Source of the DNA: Escherichia phage vB_EcoM_KWBSE43-6
DNA: 64,000 bases
Sequence record: NC_048186.1
Strand: one strand, 5' to 3'
The notes beneath the pieces are model-generated. The model saw only the letters and a program-made list of their open reading frames with translations, had not been told where the DNA came from and did not search any database. This document shows, piece after piece, positions 1 through 9,970 of this stretch; the stretch's first letter is position 1, and each line of letters starts with the position of its first letter. Made by a program: the position numbers and the translations under genes.

Positions 1-1083
1 CAGGATACGCTTGGCAACGCTCGTACCCGTGATGTCATGGCCGGACCAACGAACACGGTTATTGCTGATGTCAACCAGGCCTGTCGCAAATTTCTCAATC
101 GCTTCGCGCGGCTTCATCAACGTATACGCCAGTTTGATGTCACGAGATTTAATCGCTTCAACGATTCGGTCATACGACTGGTGGCTGGTCGTGATCGTTT
201 CCGGTTTGCCATCGATGACAATAACGACGCTCTCCGGCAGGATCATGATCTGATGTTCGTTCAGGAACACACTCAGCTCTTTATCGCCGAATTCAGCCTT
301 GGTCTGTTTGTCACCGATTTGCTGTGTTTCTTTCAATTTTACTTTGAAAGTCACGGATGACAGCGCCAGACGCAGGGTGCGACCGAGGATGCTGTCGTAA
401 TAACCAACCCGGCGGCGGGCGTCCATGGAGCCGCGCATCGGATACGTGTCTTCGTCAGGTAAAATAACCGTGATCTCGGAAGTCTCACCTTTGTGACCAT
501 CAACCAGAGCAGATGCCACTTCGGCCAGCGCAACGATTTTATCGCCGTCATTTTTAGAATTCAATTTGTCGGAAGACTCAGACGGTTTCAGCTGATCGCG
601 CGCGATCATAGCCGCTTTGATCCCAGCATAACTGCTGTCGTCCGTATAGCGCAAACACAGGAATTGGTTGTGGTTCTCCATGAACTTGCCGACATACCAC
701 TCTTCGTCGTCTTTTTCATATACAGCCACGCCGCCTTCCAGGACTTCGAATTCTTTCGTGGCGTCCGATTCTTTAATCGGTGAAATGACGGTGATGTTGT
801 TTGCTTGTTTGATGATACGGACCATCAGCGCACGGGCGATAGTTTTGGTGCTGACGCCATAAGCCGATGCCAGGTTGGTGTTGCTTTCCCCGGCGTGGCT
901 CTGAGACTGGATCAGTTCGATCTGTTCGGTTGTCAGCGATTTCAGAGAAGCCGGGTCAACCCCCAGCTCTTGGTCGGACACACGCTGTACCATTGAGCGA
1001 GGAACGCCCAATTCGTTAGCGATAGAATTCTGGCTTTTGCCATCCTTCAACATCCGTAAAATACTTTTTTCGGTAGCAGTCAT
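1..1083 (-). CDS. rIIB-like protein, partial (ORF continues beyond window start; not in ORF track because no in-window stop)
   Basis: Manual translation of reverse strand from ATG at 1083-1081 gives an uninterrupted ORF to position 1 (MTATEKSILRMLKDGKSQNSIANELGVPRSMVQRV...); two HTH-like segments; sits immediately downstream of rIIA as in T4 rIIA-rIIB. Confidence 0.55.
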   Translation of the reverse strand, partial: MTATEKSILRMLKDGKSQNSIANELGVPRSMVQRVSDQELGVDPASLKSLTTEQIELIQSQSHAGESNTNLASAYGVSTKTIARALMVRIIKQANNITVISPIKESDATKEFEVLEGGVAVYEKDDEEWYVGKFMENHNQFLCLRYTDDSSYAGIKAAMIARDQLKPSESSDKLNSKNDGDKIVALAEVASALVDGHKGETSEITVILPDEDTYPMRGSMDARRRVGYYDSILGRTLRLALSSVTFKVKLKETQQIGDKQTKAEFGDKELSVFLNEHQIMILPESVVIVIDGKPETITTSHQSYDRIVEAIKSRDIKLAYTLMKPREAIEKFATGLVDISNNRVRWSGHDITGTSVAKRIL

Positions 1084-1116
1084 CTTGTAGTTCCCACTTT
1101 GTGTTAGACGGGGCTA

Positions 1117-3873
1117 TTATGCCCCGAGAATACGTTTTGAAATAGCGGCGAAGAAACCCTCTTTGTCTTCTTCAATCGGGTTCTGAGCCACAGGCGTATA
1201 CGTCGCCATCAGATGTTTTAGCAAGTTATGGCAATCGACGCGATACCGGTTATATTTCTTTTGGGTCTGCGAAATAGAACGTGTCCAGCTGATTTCGCAA
1301 TAACCGTTGGTTTTCAGCAATTCATTGATGCTGGAAAACAATTGAATCATACGCGCCTGCCCATGGCGGTATTGGTCAAAGTTCTTTTTGATACTAACAT
1401 GGAAATTTAATTTTTCCATCGCCTCGTTAAGATCTTTGACGCCAGATAATCCTTTCTTGTTCTTACTGATTTCCTTCAGATAATCCCATTCAGTTTCCGG
1501 GATTAATTCAATATTATTCTTATCCAGCTGGGATATTCTATCCTTCAGATAAGCAAACTTTTCTGGGATACCTTCGTGAGATTTGGCCAGAAGTGACTCC
1601 GCATACGGGATACGGTTTATGATACAACGAGTTTGCTTTCTTAATGCTAACAGTTCCCGGGCATTCTTAGATTTGAAAGACGGCATATGGCGTTTCAATA
1701 ACATTTCAAATACCGCATCAATTGGCACGAACACTTCCGGGAACTTTTTCATCATCGGAACCGATTTACGGCGGGCAAGGATGACTTTCTTATGGAAGTT
1801 CATGAACCCAAATATGTTGTTCCCCTCATCGTCCATAGGAGTGTTGTGCATACATTCCAAAATGCTCCGGGCAACGTATTCATTAACACGTTTTCCACGA
1901 ATATCATGGATGCTGTTAGTTCCTGATATCTCAATATAAACAATTTGCTTACCAGAATCAATGATACTGGAGATATCTTCAGCAGATAATTCTTTATCCT
2001 TATAGAAACTGAAACGGAACCCTTCGTATGCAAACATCCCTGGATCTTTTTCGACCGGGGGCTTCACATACTGCATATCATGCATGAAGTAAACTTCACT
2101 TGGCACGAGGATTTCCGAAATAACTTCGTAAAACTTATCGGCAAATACCAAATGGTCAATAGTTGTCTCTTGTTTACCAACCCAAGATTCAAAATAGGAT
2201 TGAAGCTCTTCGTGATTCTTGTATGCGCCTTTATGGTTTTGCAATAAATTGCGATTGGTCAGCAAAGAATCATTGGGCTTAACAACGATAACAACATCAT
2301 GATTATTTCGCGCCGTCCTGATTTTCAGATTACGGGCGCGGCTGGAGTTATCGATAATAATAGCAACAGATTTTTTCTCACCAACCCAACCATAAACGTC
2401 ATTCAGCATGAGTGAATCCTTGGTTTCCCAATACCCGGCATCCCAATATATTTCAAGGTAATAAGGATTCCCGGCAGTACGGAATGGAGCGTCAACATCG
2501 ATGTTACGTTCTATATCAGGGGTGCCGTTGTAAACATATTTCCCTTTGTAGAAGCGGGTATCAGCCGGGAAGTCCCGCTCCATCATTTTGCGGAAACCGC
2601 TACCGAACATGTTGGTGAATTCGTCTTTCTTCATATACAACGCCAGCGGGCCTTTGCTGGACGCCAGGTTGAGTTCGGAAATCTTTTCCTGCATAATTTT
2701 ATTCGCCACTTTCTTGAACTGGCGATTCAGGGTTTCGCGAGTGTACTCATCGTAAGACAAGTCTTCACGAGATGGTGGGACATTAAGCTCACCGAGTTCA
2801 AAGAAGGTATAGGATGTCGGGAACTTTTCCAGAATAGAAGAAACGTCTTGTTCCAGTTGTTCCAGATCAATAGGGTATGACACCCCGCCCATGACCGCAT
2901 AGTGGGTATTCCCCGTCCCCTTCGGCTGGATATAGGTATTCCCCACCCGGTTGTTAAAACTGATGTCTTCCCAATCGAAGTTGTATGAGTGATTCGTGAC
3001 TTTCGGGCGCTCGTTGGGCTTCATAACTTTACCAAGACGGATCAGCTCTTCTTCAAACGCACGGAAACGACTGTTCTTGACCGGGACTTTCACAGACAAA
3101 CCATTCCATTCATCTGTGTCTTCCGGCGCAGGTTCGCGGGTTTCTACGTTTTTTGTCACCAGGTCAACGGTCGGGATACGGTTCCCGTTCAGATACATCA
3201 GGAAGCGATAGATCTTCCCTTCATAGCGGGATTCAACAGTGAATGAATCCGACACAGAGAAAGGTGATTTGGAACCCAGACCGAACGCGCCGATCTGGCC
3301 ATCATCGTCTTCTTTGGTACTGTTGAACAAAGTGGTATAAAGCCCAGGGGAACGGATGATTTCGCCATCTTGGGTTTTAAAGACCAATTGTCCACCATAA
3401 TACGAAGAGAAATCGGGCACACCCAGGACTTCAGAACCTTCTGGGATTTCGTCTTCTTTGACGACCATGTTGCCCGCCAGAAGCACTTCATCTTCACGGG
3501 CCAAAATAGGTTCACCCATGATCTGTTCCAGCGAAAGGCCGATACCCCAGTCTTTGATTTCCAGCCATGGCTCGTAATCGTCCGGGAGATGGACTTCTAC
3601 GGGAATGTTAGAAGGAGCCAGATACTTACTGTACAGTTGGGGCATCGGGGACAGAGAGGCGTAATGAGACGGCATCCAGCGCTGTAAACGGTTACGCATG
3701 TTGTGAGCGTCAATCGCATTACAAACGGTCTCACGAAGCGCCGCCGCTTCTTTATAACGATAAAGGCTGGAGAACAACGTTTCAAATAACTTATCGGTCA
3801 TTTTGACGTTGAACACATTACCAGATATAGATGATGAAGAGCGGACGAAGTGCTCTGACTTGCGCATTTTCAT
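1117..3873 (-). CDS. rIIA: rIIA-like protein (GHKL/HATPase-like N-terminal region)
   Basis: 918-aa ORF; motifs LRETVCNAIDAH and GAFGLGSKSPF match the conserved T4 rIIA ATPase-like motifs as recalled; start ATG at 3873 with weak SD. Confidence 0.75.
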   Translation of the reverse strand: MKMRKSEHFVRSSSSISGNVFNVKMTDKLFETLFSSLYRYKEAAALRETVCNAIDAHNMRNRLQRWMPSHYASLSPMPQLYSKYLAPSNIPVEVHLPDDYEPWLEIKDWGIGLSLEQIMGEPILAREDEVLLAGNMVVKEDEIPEGSEVLGVPDFSSYYGGQLVFKTQDGEIIRSPGLYTTLFNSTKEDDDGQIGAFGLGSKSPFSVSDSFTVESRYEGKIYRFLMYLNGNRIPTVDLVTKNVETREPAPEDTDEWNGLSVKVPVKNSRFRAFEEELIRLGKVMKPNERPKVTNHSYNFDWEDISFNNRVGNTYIQPKGTGNTHYAVMGGVSYPIDLEQLEQDVSSILEKFPTSYTFFELGELNVPPSREDLSYDEYTRETLNRQFKKVANKIMQEKISELNLASSKGPLALYMKKDEFTNMFGSGFRKMMERDFPADTRFYKGKYVYNGTPDIERNIDVDAPFRTAGNPYYLEIYWDAGYWETKDSLMLNDVYGWVGEKKSVAIIIDNSSRARNLKIRTARNNHDVVIVVKPNDSLLTNRNLLQNHKGAYKNHEELQSYFESWVGKQETTIDHLVFADKFYEVISEILVPSEVYFMHDMQYVKPPVEKDPGMFAYEGFRFSFYKDKELSAEDISSIIDSGKQIVYIEISGTNSIHDIRGKRVNEYVARSILECMHNTPMDDEGNNIFGFMNFHKKVILARRKSVPMMKKFPEVFVPIDAVFEMLLKRHMPSFKSKNARELLALRKQTRCIINRIPYAESLLAKSHEGIPEKFAYLKDRISQLDKNNIELIPETEWDYLKEISKNKKGLSGVKDLNEAMEKLNFHVSIKKNFDQYRHGQARMIQLFSSINELLKTNGYCEISWTRSISQTQKKYNRYRVDCHNLLKHLMATYTPVAQNPIEEDKEGFFAAISKRILGA

Positions 3874-3940
3874 AACGAAGAAGTCCTATCAGTTTCAAAG
3901 GGATTACACAGAGGTATGATACGTGAAGGTCGTTCAATTG

Positions 3941-3963
3941 AAAAAGCCCCTGAGAAGGGGCTT
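3941..3963 (-). terminator. rho-independent terminator-like hairpin
   Basis: GC stem (agcccct/aggggct) followed by T-run on the minus strand. Confidence 0.5.
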
Positions 3964-3972
3964 TAGTTCATA

Positions 3973-4314
3973 TTATCCAATGAGTGATGCTCGGAAGTCA
4001 AAGGTCGGGCGCGTCGCCCCCGGTTCCAGCACTTCTTCCAGATAACCGACATATTGTTTGACAACTACAGTCGGCTCGGCACGATTGGGCTTGGTTGCAC
4101 TCAGATCCAGAAGGCTGGAAGCCACCTGCTCTACAACAGTGCGCTTGATCTCAAAATGGTAGCGGCTCCCGAAGGCGGCGATCTTGACTTCATTAATTTT
4201 GAAGTCAGACAATTCACTGCTGTTCAACGTACCGATATTCAATTGTGAGCGCAGATGCTCAACAATGTTAGAATAAATGTACTGCGGTGTGATCAGCTGT
4301 TCAATAGAACTCAT
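3973..4314 (-). CDS. hypothetical protein
   Basis: 113-aa ORF, normal composition, in co-oriented early gene array. Confidence 0.5.
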   Translation of the reverse strand: MSSIEQLITPQYIYSNIVEHLRSQLNIGTLNSSELSDFKINEVKIAAFGSRYHFEIKRTVVEQVASSLLDLSATKPNRAEPTVVVKQYVGYLEEVLEPGATRPTFDFRASLIG

Positions 4315-4488
4315 AATATATCCTCTAAATTTCGGGTTCAGGTTTACTTAATCGAGCGAGTTCGGCTCGAAGATACAGAATTTCGTCGGCCATCTGTTTC
4401 CCTTCACCAAACATGACATGACACTTTACCTTCCTCGGCTCCCCTTCAGATATTTCGAGGAGCCGTTCTTCTGTTAAGGTGTCATCAC

Positions 4489-4707
4489 TCATTTACTCTT
4501 CCTTTTGTTCTTTCCATGCGTTTTGGCTTTCTTCGGTCGTTTCACCGATGGTCGACCATGGCCCGGCGTTCCCGGCCCTGAATTGTTGGAATACCAAATA
4601 TCATCACCGCGATGACGTGATTCCTGATAACTACGCGCCAATGCTTGTTCTGCACTGATAACAGCACCAGCCATAGCAATGGCAACTAATGCCTTTTTGG
4701 AATTCAT
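4489..4707 (-). CDS. small protein with N-terminal hydrophobic/signal-like segment and basic C-terminus
   Basis: 72-aa ORF MNSKKALVAIAMAGAVISA...; stop overlaps next gene start. Confidence 0.45.
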   Translation of the reverse strand: MNSKKALVAIAMAGAVISAEQALARSYQESRHRGDDIWYSNNSGPGTPGHGRPSVKRPKKAKTHGKNKRKSK

Positions 4708-5147
4708 TATAATTCTCCTTTGGCGGCATAGGACAACGCCTTGGCGATCATCACAGCCAACTGCATAGAACCATAGTCAAAATCACGTTCCACTAATGCT
4801 CTGATTTCATCACGAGATTGGACTTCTGGACAATTTTTGCTCTGTCGGCGTTCTTCCTGATCGATTAGATCGCGCAGCATCAGACCAGTAAAAGAATATT
4901 CGTCAAAGTTTTCCAGATACTTCTGGATGTTAGAAGCGACGGGAGTTGGTTTCTGTGCTTCTGGTTCTTTCAGCGCCGCCACGATAGCATCAATATCCCA
5001 CAAAGGATTCAACATCAACAATAGGTTGACAGTCTTTCCTGACTCCGAAGTCGGATTCTTTCCCAGTACATTGTACAGGGTCTTCAAGGTTTTGTCAAAT
5101 GTGAGAACCACTTGTGTAAGTTCTTCATAAGTTGGTTTGGTAGGCAT
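4707..5147 (-). CDS. hypothetical protein
   Basis: 146-aa ORF, start/stop coupled with neighbours. Confidence 0.55.
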   Translation of the reverse strand: MPTKPTYEELTQVVLTFDKTLKTLYNVLGKNPTSESGKTVNLLLMLNPLWDIDAIVAALKEPEAQKPTPVASNIQKYLENFDEYSFTGLMLRDLIDQEERRQSKNCPEVQSRDEIRALVERDFDYGSMQLAVMIAKALSYAAKGEL

Positions 5148-5536
5148 TAGCGTTTGCTCCGGCGTTTGTTATTCATTTTAGTAGCCTGGCGTTTGTGGGA
5201 AGCGGTTCCACAAAGACGAGGCGGCTTTTGGTAACGAGCATCTTTCATCATCTGACGCTCGTCTCGGGATGTTTCAATAAAATCATTGTCATCTAATTTG
5301 CGCCTTGACTTCAGGCTGTTGATAAGCTGCTTCACATCAAATTCAGAACAGATTTCATCCAGAATCACGATGCGCTTGTCGTTCTCTTCAAGACGTGCCA
5401 GTTCACGAGCTGACATATGATCTTCGATCGAAATCTGCTTTATTTCCCATTCCGGATGAAGATCTTGTAATGCGGCCTTCATGATAATACTGTGGTGACC
5501 GCCCCCGATGATCACGATCTTTTTGGGTTCTGACAT
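5147..5536 (-). CDS. hypothetical protein
   Basis: 129-aa ORF. Confidence 0.5.
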   Translation of the reverse strand: MSEPKKIVIIGGGHHSIIMKAALQDLHPEWEIKQISIEDHMSARELARLEENDKRIVILDEICSEFDVKQLINSLKSRRKLDDNDFIETSRDERQMMKDARYQKPPRLCGTASHKRQATKMNNKRRSKR

Positions 5537-5601
5537 GATGTTGCTCCAAAGAAAAGGGATAGAGCAATAATACCCTATCCCTGTTTATTGAAGAATTAAG
5601 T

Positions 5602-6021
5602 CTATTCAGCTTGCGTGTAGTTCAAATCGCCGCGCAGATCCTGAATAGGCTGGCCGCCAACTGCCATGATATAGATGGTGTTGATAGTTTCGAACCACGT
5701 CAGTTCGTTAACGTCTTTGGTGTACGGCGTCACTGGAATAGAAGTTTTGACTTCGTTCGTTTCAGTCAGCGGGTGTGCTTCAACCAGAGTAAGGATAGCG
5801 CAGCGCCCAGACGGATGGATAATACCTTCTTTAAACAACACGATCTTTTTGCGAGGATAGGATGCTTCCCCCAGGCATACGGCAAGATGGTGGATCATTT
5901 CTGGCCGGGTTAATAGAGTATCATTCCTGATGATACCTTGTTTAACAGCTGAGATAACGATCTCGTCCAGAATCGCCTGTTGTTGGTGAAGACTCATAGA
6001 TTCGGTAAGTTTTACGCCCAT
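5602..6021 (-). CDS. hypothetical protein
   Basis: ORF track 5602..6090; likely true start MGVKLTESM at 6021 with AAGGG SD upstream, avoiding overlap with upstream gene. Confidence 0.5.
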   Translation of the reverse strand: MGVKLTESMSLHQQQAILDEIVISAVKQGIIRNDTLLTRPEMIHHLAVCLGEASYPRKKIVLFKEGIIHPSGRCAILTLVEAHPLTETNEVKTSIPVTPYTKDVNELTWFETINTIYIMAVGGQPIQDLRGDLNYTQAE

Positions 6022-6025
6022 GATA

Positions 6026-6589
6026 TTACCCTTTGAAGTTAATCGGAGCCTGAACACCAGATTCAAAAGCTGCCTGGGTATGGCTATCACTTACAACCTG
6101 GCAGGTCTTTTCCAGATCCAGACGCGGGAAACCAAACATTCCAGCCACGATGTTGCCCGGGAACTGCTGGAGCCGGGTCTCGTACAACTGGCACGCATCG
6201 AGTTTTTTGGTCTGGCTGATACGGAATTCATCACGGCCCGCGCTGATTACGATCTGGATTTCTTTATACAGAGATGAATCGAACTGAATGTTCTGTTCCT
6301 GGATCCATTGCATCACCGCTTTGGAACCGTCGGCGCCATAGCGGCCTTCAAATGTTCCCTTGATGACTTCCTTCAACCCGTTCTTGTACATGTCCGGGAT
6401 TTGCGCCGTGTCCTGCACTTTCATAGTATAAGAACTCAGATAGTTCTCCGAGTCCTTGTTGAACTTCTTAACATTGTTCTCCAGCTTGTTAAAACCGTTG
6501 AACGTGCTGATAAGAAACCCGGCGATGATTGCGATCAAACCAACGGTAGCACCGACGACGATAAGAGAAGAACTGATACTTTTTGACAT
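6026..6589 (-). CDS. membrane-anchored protein (single N-terminal TM helix)
   Basis: 187-aa ORF with hydrophobic N-terminus SSLIVVGATVGLIAIIAGFLI. Confidence 0.55.
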   Translation of the reverse strand: MSKSISSSLIVVGATVGLIAIIAGFLISTFNGFNKLENNVKKFNKDSENYLSSYTMKVQDTAQIPDMYKNGLKEVIKGTFEGRYGADGSKAVMQWIQEQNIQFDSSLYKEIQIVISAGRDEFRISQTKKLDACQLYETRLQQFPGNIVAGMFGFPRLDLEKTCQVVSDSHTQAAFESGVQAPINFKG

Positions 6590-6605
6590 TTGTGTAGCCT
6601 CTTGT

Positions 6606-7697
6606 TTAGAATGGGAAACGACGATTTAGACTAAAATTATATGGCCCAGCGCCAAGATAGAATAATACACCGAACGGCACACAACCGAGTAAAGACACGA
6701 TCAGGGCTTCCCAGGTCTTCAACTCACGCCATTTCAGATAATCCATCTCCTTCATAGACACCCGGTTGTAGCCCTTGCTGATATTGGTAGCGACTTCTTG
6801 GAAGACTGCTATTCCCATGGGCTGTCCAGTAAGGGATAATCCATTGCGGGAATGCAACTCCATGTTGTTCATGCCATCTGCAAAAGATGTGCTCTTGCCC
6901 CAATTTATCTTCATATCCTTGGTGATATCGGTAACTACGATGACGTCATTCTTCTTGCCGCCCGCCCATGCATACACCAGCCCCTGGAAATATTCAATCG
7001 GCTGGCCTGAAGTTATCACCCAAACGATGTTCACCTGGCGCTCGGCACCCAGAGTTTTCAGAACGCCGTTCAAATAATCATTCCAGTAACCGACAGGAAG
7101 ATTCAAACCAGACATGTTCAAAACCCGGTTGACACGATAGTAATCATAGACCTTTGGGTACGCCGGAATATAATCTTTGAACTTCTCGGCAAACTGTTCA
7201 TCCGAACGGGAGAATAATGAATCCCTGTTTCCAAGAACGTAGTTCTGATACGGATGATCTTGTGCAGCTGGCTCCCCGATCTTCACCTGTGCCCAGCGCG
7301 GCGGCTGGCGCAAACCTTGTCGGTCTATACGCTTAATGGTCAGATCACCGACGGTCGTGTGAACATCCCAGTCAACGTCATAATCATGCTCGTCACAATA
7401 GATCGGGACACAGGACTGGTTGCCTTTACTATCCGTTGAACATGTCTGGCCGCATTGATACTGGTGCTCACACGAGACCTTTTCCCGAGTCTTGCCAGTC
7501 ACATAACCATTAAGGATTTCCACGTCAGCGGCACTCCCCAAGGAGAATGCTGCGTATGCACCCGCTTGTATCAGGCAAGACAAACCAACCCCGATAAGGG
7601 TCGTATAGACCGTCTCCTTAACGTTGTGGTCGGCCTGGTGTCTGACTATGAACGCAACCGCCATTGCCAACGGCAGGATGAAAAAGAGATAGATCAT
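6606..7697 (-). CDS. membrane protein with N- and C-terminal TM segments and Cys-rich central region
   Basis: 363-aa ORF; ATG at 7697 confirmed; hydrophobic ends. Confidence 0.55.
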   Translation of the reverse strand: MIYLFFILPLAMAVAFIVRHQADHNVKETVYTTLIGVGLSCLIQAGAYAAFSLGSAADVEILNGYVTGKTREKVSCEHQYQCGQTCSTDSKGNQSCVPIYCDEHDYDVDWDVHTTVGDLTIKRIDRQGLRQPPRWAQVKIGEPAAQDHPYQNYVLGNRDSLFSRSDEQFAEKFKDYIPAYPKVYDYYRVNRVLNMSGLNLPVGYWNDYLNGVLKTLGAERQVNIVWVITSGQPIEYFQGLVYAWAGGKKNDVIVVTDITKDMKINWGKSTSFADGMNNMELHSRNGLSLTGQPMGIAVFQEVATNISKGYNRVSMKEMDYLKWRELKTWEALIVSLLGCVPFGVLFYLGAGPYNFSLNRRFPF

Positions 7698-8083
7698 AAT
7701 ACACCATCCACGAGTTGGGCTTTCGTCATACCCAACAGTTGTTCTTTGTGTTTTTCATCCGCGCCGTTGGCAACCAAGAGCGCCCAACGTTCTTCATGGT
7801 ACTTCGGGTCCATGGCTTCATCAAACGATAGGTGATGGCGAAACATGATTGAGGCCACAGAATGAAGATTGTGCGCGGTTGCTCTTTGCAAAGTCCGAGT
7901 TGCTGTGATATGCTGTTTTTGATACTCAACGCCCATAAGACGCAATTCACGAATAATACGAATTGGTGACAAATCACCTTTCTCGTAAAGTTCTTTGATA
8001 CGCGATTTCTTAGGGTGTAATTGGCCGTCTGTTTCTTTCATGAACAAATCGTACAAATATTCGACATATTCTGTGTGAGTCAT
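7694..8083 (-). CDS. hypothetical protein
   Basis: 129-aa ORF overlapping next start by 4 nt. Confidence 0.5.
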   Translation of the reverse strand: MTHTEYVEYLYDLFMKETDGQLHPKKSRIKELYEKGDLSPIRIIRELRLMGVEYQKQHITATRTLQRATAHNLHSVASIMFRHHLSFDEAMDPKYHEERWALLVANGADEKHKEQLLGMTKAQLVDGVL

Positions 8084-8163
8084 AATTTTGATCCTTAGCG
8101 ATAAAAAGGGAACGAGCCAAATATAAGCCCATTCCCTTTATTGAAGAAATTGGTATTGCTCAG

Positions 8164-9381
8164 TTATTTCTTCATCAATGACATCAGATTAACACTCTTC
8201 CCAACAGGGGCGGTCTCCTGTTTGCGTTCAATACGCTCTTCAAGTTCCCAACGTGTTCCCTTCTGTAGATGCCAGATATGTAGGGGAACGCCCGTCTCAA
8301 AGAACACAGGCATCTTCCACTTCTGGACGCCTGGGACGTGCCCTGCGGGAGCCTTCTCACATAACAGGGTATCTGGTAGCCAAAGTGAACGCGCCTCCCA
8401 GAGTGCCGCGCAGGAGTACTCCGGCCAAATGCGTTCCATGTAGTCGATTTCGTCCCAGGTACGCTCCGCATCCCACCCGATATAACGAGTGTTCTTCAGA
8501 CGGAAGAATTTCTTCAACCAACACGCGCCAGAGGTCTCAAAGTTCAGACGGTTGATGAACGTCAGGTGACCGAATTCTTCAACGCATTCATGGAATGCCT
8601 TTTCCAAATCGGCTTCCAGGATGTCACACTCTTCATCGGTGATAGGACAGCCGTCGATCTTTTTCTTCCCGTGTTTGGTCACCCAATCATCACGGTTAGA
8701 AAGGAACGCCGCGCCGTTGCGGTTCGATTCGCTACCTTCACGGTCACGCAGCATGAAGCCAGGGACATCGATTTCCCACATGTTACCGAACACCATGTTC
8801 AGGGCTTCCAGGAAGTTCCAGGCGCTCAGACGGCCGAAGTATTTCCAGGACATTGCCGTGTCCCACAACTCAGTAAACTGGTCTTCTTTCATGGTGCATT
8901 CCAGCATCCAACGAAAAGAATCCATCTGAGTTTTACCGCCCAGCCAATCCACATAGGACTGAACACATGGGATCATCTTGGACTTGCGGTAGCGGCAATC
9001 AGTATCGAAGCGCATGCGTTCAAAGTTCAGATTATACCAGTCCGAGAAGCGCTGCATTTCTTCTTTGGTCTGCGGAGGAACCGGGAACTCAGAGTAGATT
9101 GTCCACGGGCCGATCGCATTATAGCAGCAACCCCAAAGAAACGCCATCCAGATCTTGCGCTCGATCTTTTCCAGATTGGTGAGGCCTTCTGTGACTTCAA
9201 TAGCATAATCCATCAGACGCATCTGCTGGTTGTGCTCTTCAGTATAGGACAGCGCTTCTACCCACGCCTTGAGCAGATACATCCGGTTCTCAGGCTTGCG
9301 GTAGTCAACCTTCAGATCAATCGGGTACTTCCATTGCTCAGGGGCTTTATACCCCTGCGGCATTTTAGATAAATGTGCCAT
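8164..9381 (-). CDS. hypothetical enzyme; candidate DNA base-modification transferase (aGPT-pyrophosphorylase-like placement)
   Basis: 405-aa ORF, ATG at 9381 with AAGGA SD; adjacent to P-loop kinase gene; functional call is by context only. Confidence 0.35.
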   Translation of the reverse strand: MAHLSKMPQGYKAPEQWKYPIDLKVDYRKPENRMYLLKAWVEALSYTEEHNQQMRLMDYAIEVTEGLTNLEKIERKIWMAFLWGCCYNAIGPWTIYSEFPVPPQTKEEMQRFSDWYNLNFERMRFDTDCRYRKSKMIPCVQSYVDWLGGKTQMDSFRWMLECTMKEDQFTELWDTAMSWKYFGRLSAWNFLEALNMVFGNMWEIDVPGFMLRDREGSESNRNGAAFLSNRDDWVTKHGKKKIDGCPITDEECDILEADLEKAFHECVEEFGHLTFINRLNFETSGACWLKKFFRLKNTRYIGWDAERTWDEIDYMERIWPEYSCAALWEARSLWLPDTLLCEKAPAGHVPGVQKWKMPVFFETGVPLHIWHLQKGTRWELEERIERKQETAPVGKSVNLMSLMKK

Positions 9382-9384
9382 ACA

Positions 9385-9765
9385 TTAATCCTTTTCGCCG
9401 ACGGAACTTGAAAGTTCTTCATCTCCAGGATGAGGCTGAACTGGCTCCAGTTGCACTTGATCTGCGGTGACCGGGCCGAATGCAGAGTTCCAGATATCGA
9501 CAAAGCGTTTGTCAGAAGTAACAACCCACATACGCTTGGCTTTATTGGAACGGTCAGCAATGAACGCCTGGGCATTGGCGTTAGTACGGACGAGACCGAC
9601 TTGGCGCCACTGACCAAAATCTTTAGACGCCGGGTTAGTGTTCAGCTGAAACTGTGGGATAACCCGGTTGTCTTCCGGATAATAACGGACAGCATTGATC
9701 ATCTTGGCATCGCCCTTATAATCAATAGCGATAGCCACGGCATCGCGGGGAATCAAAATTTTCAT
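9385..9765 (-). CDS. hypothetical protein
   Basis: 126-aa ORF. Confidence 0.5.
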   Translation of the reverse strand: MKILIPRDAVAIAIDYKGDAKMINAVRYYPEDNRVIPQFQLNTNPASKDFGQWRQVGLVRTNANAQAFIADRSNKAKRMWVVTSDKRFVDIWNSAFGPVTADQVQLEPVQPHPGDEELSSSVGEKD

Positions 9766-9766
9766 C

Positions 9767-9970
9767 TCATTTCCTTAAAAATAATTTATAGACAACAGGT
9801 ATCAAGAACGATAAGAAGCCGAACCAGTAAACCACATTCATGGTTTTCTTTTCTGCTTCTGATAGATCAATGAAACCATAATGATATACTATCATGGTTA
9901 ATAATGAGGCTAAACAAGTGATCGCCCCGACCAATAAAATTGCATCCAACCACTTGTTGTTCATCTTCAT
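9767..9970 (-). CDS. small membrane protein (two predicted TM helices)
   Basis: 67-aa ORF, hydrophobic segments. Confidence 0.5.
   Translation of the reverse strand: MKMNNKWLDAILLVGAITCLASLLTMIVYHYGFIDLSEAEKKTMNVVYWFGFLSFLIPVVYKLFLRK

Noticed and set aside
37-996. Plus-strand ORFs at the window start (37..360, 493..783, 668..862, 805..996)
   Set aside because: They lie antisense to the continuous rIIB-like reading frame and lack start signals.
6026-6589. LemA-family assignment for the membrane-anchored protein
   Set aside because: Only the architecture (N-terminal TM plus soluble domain) is similar; no recognisable LemA motifs.
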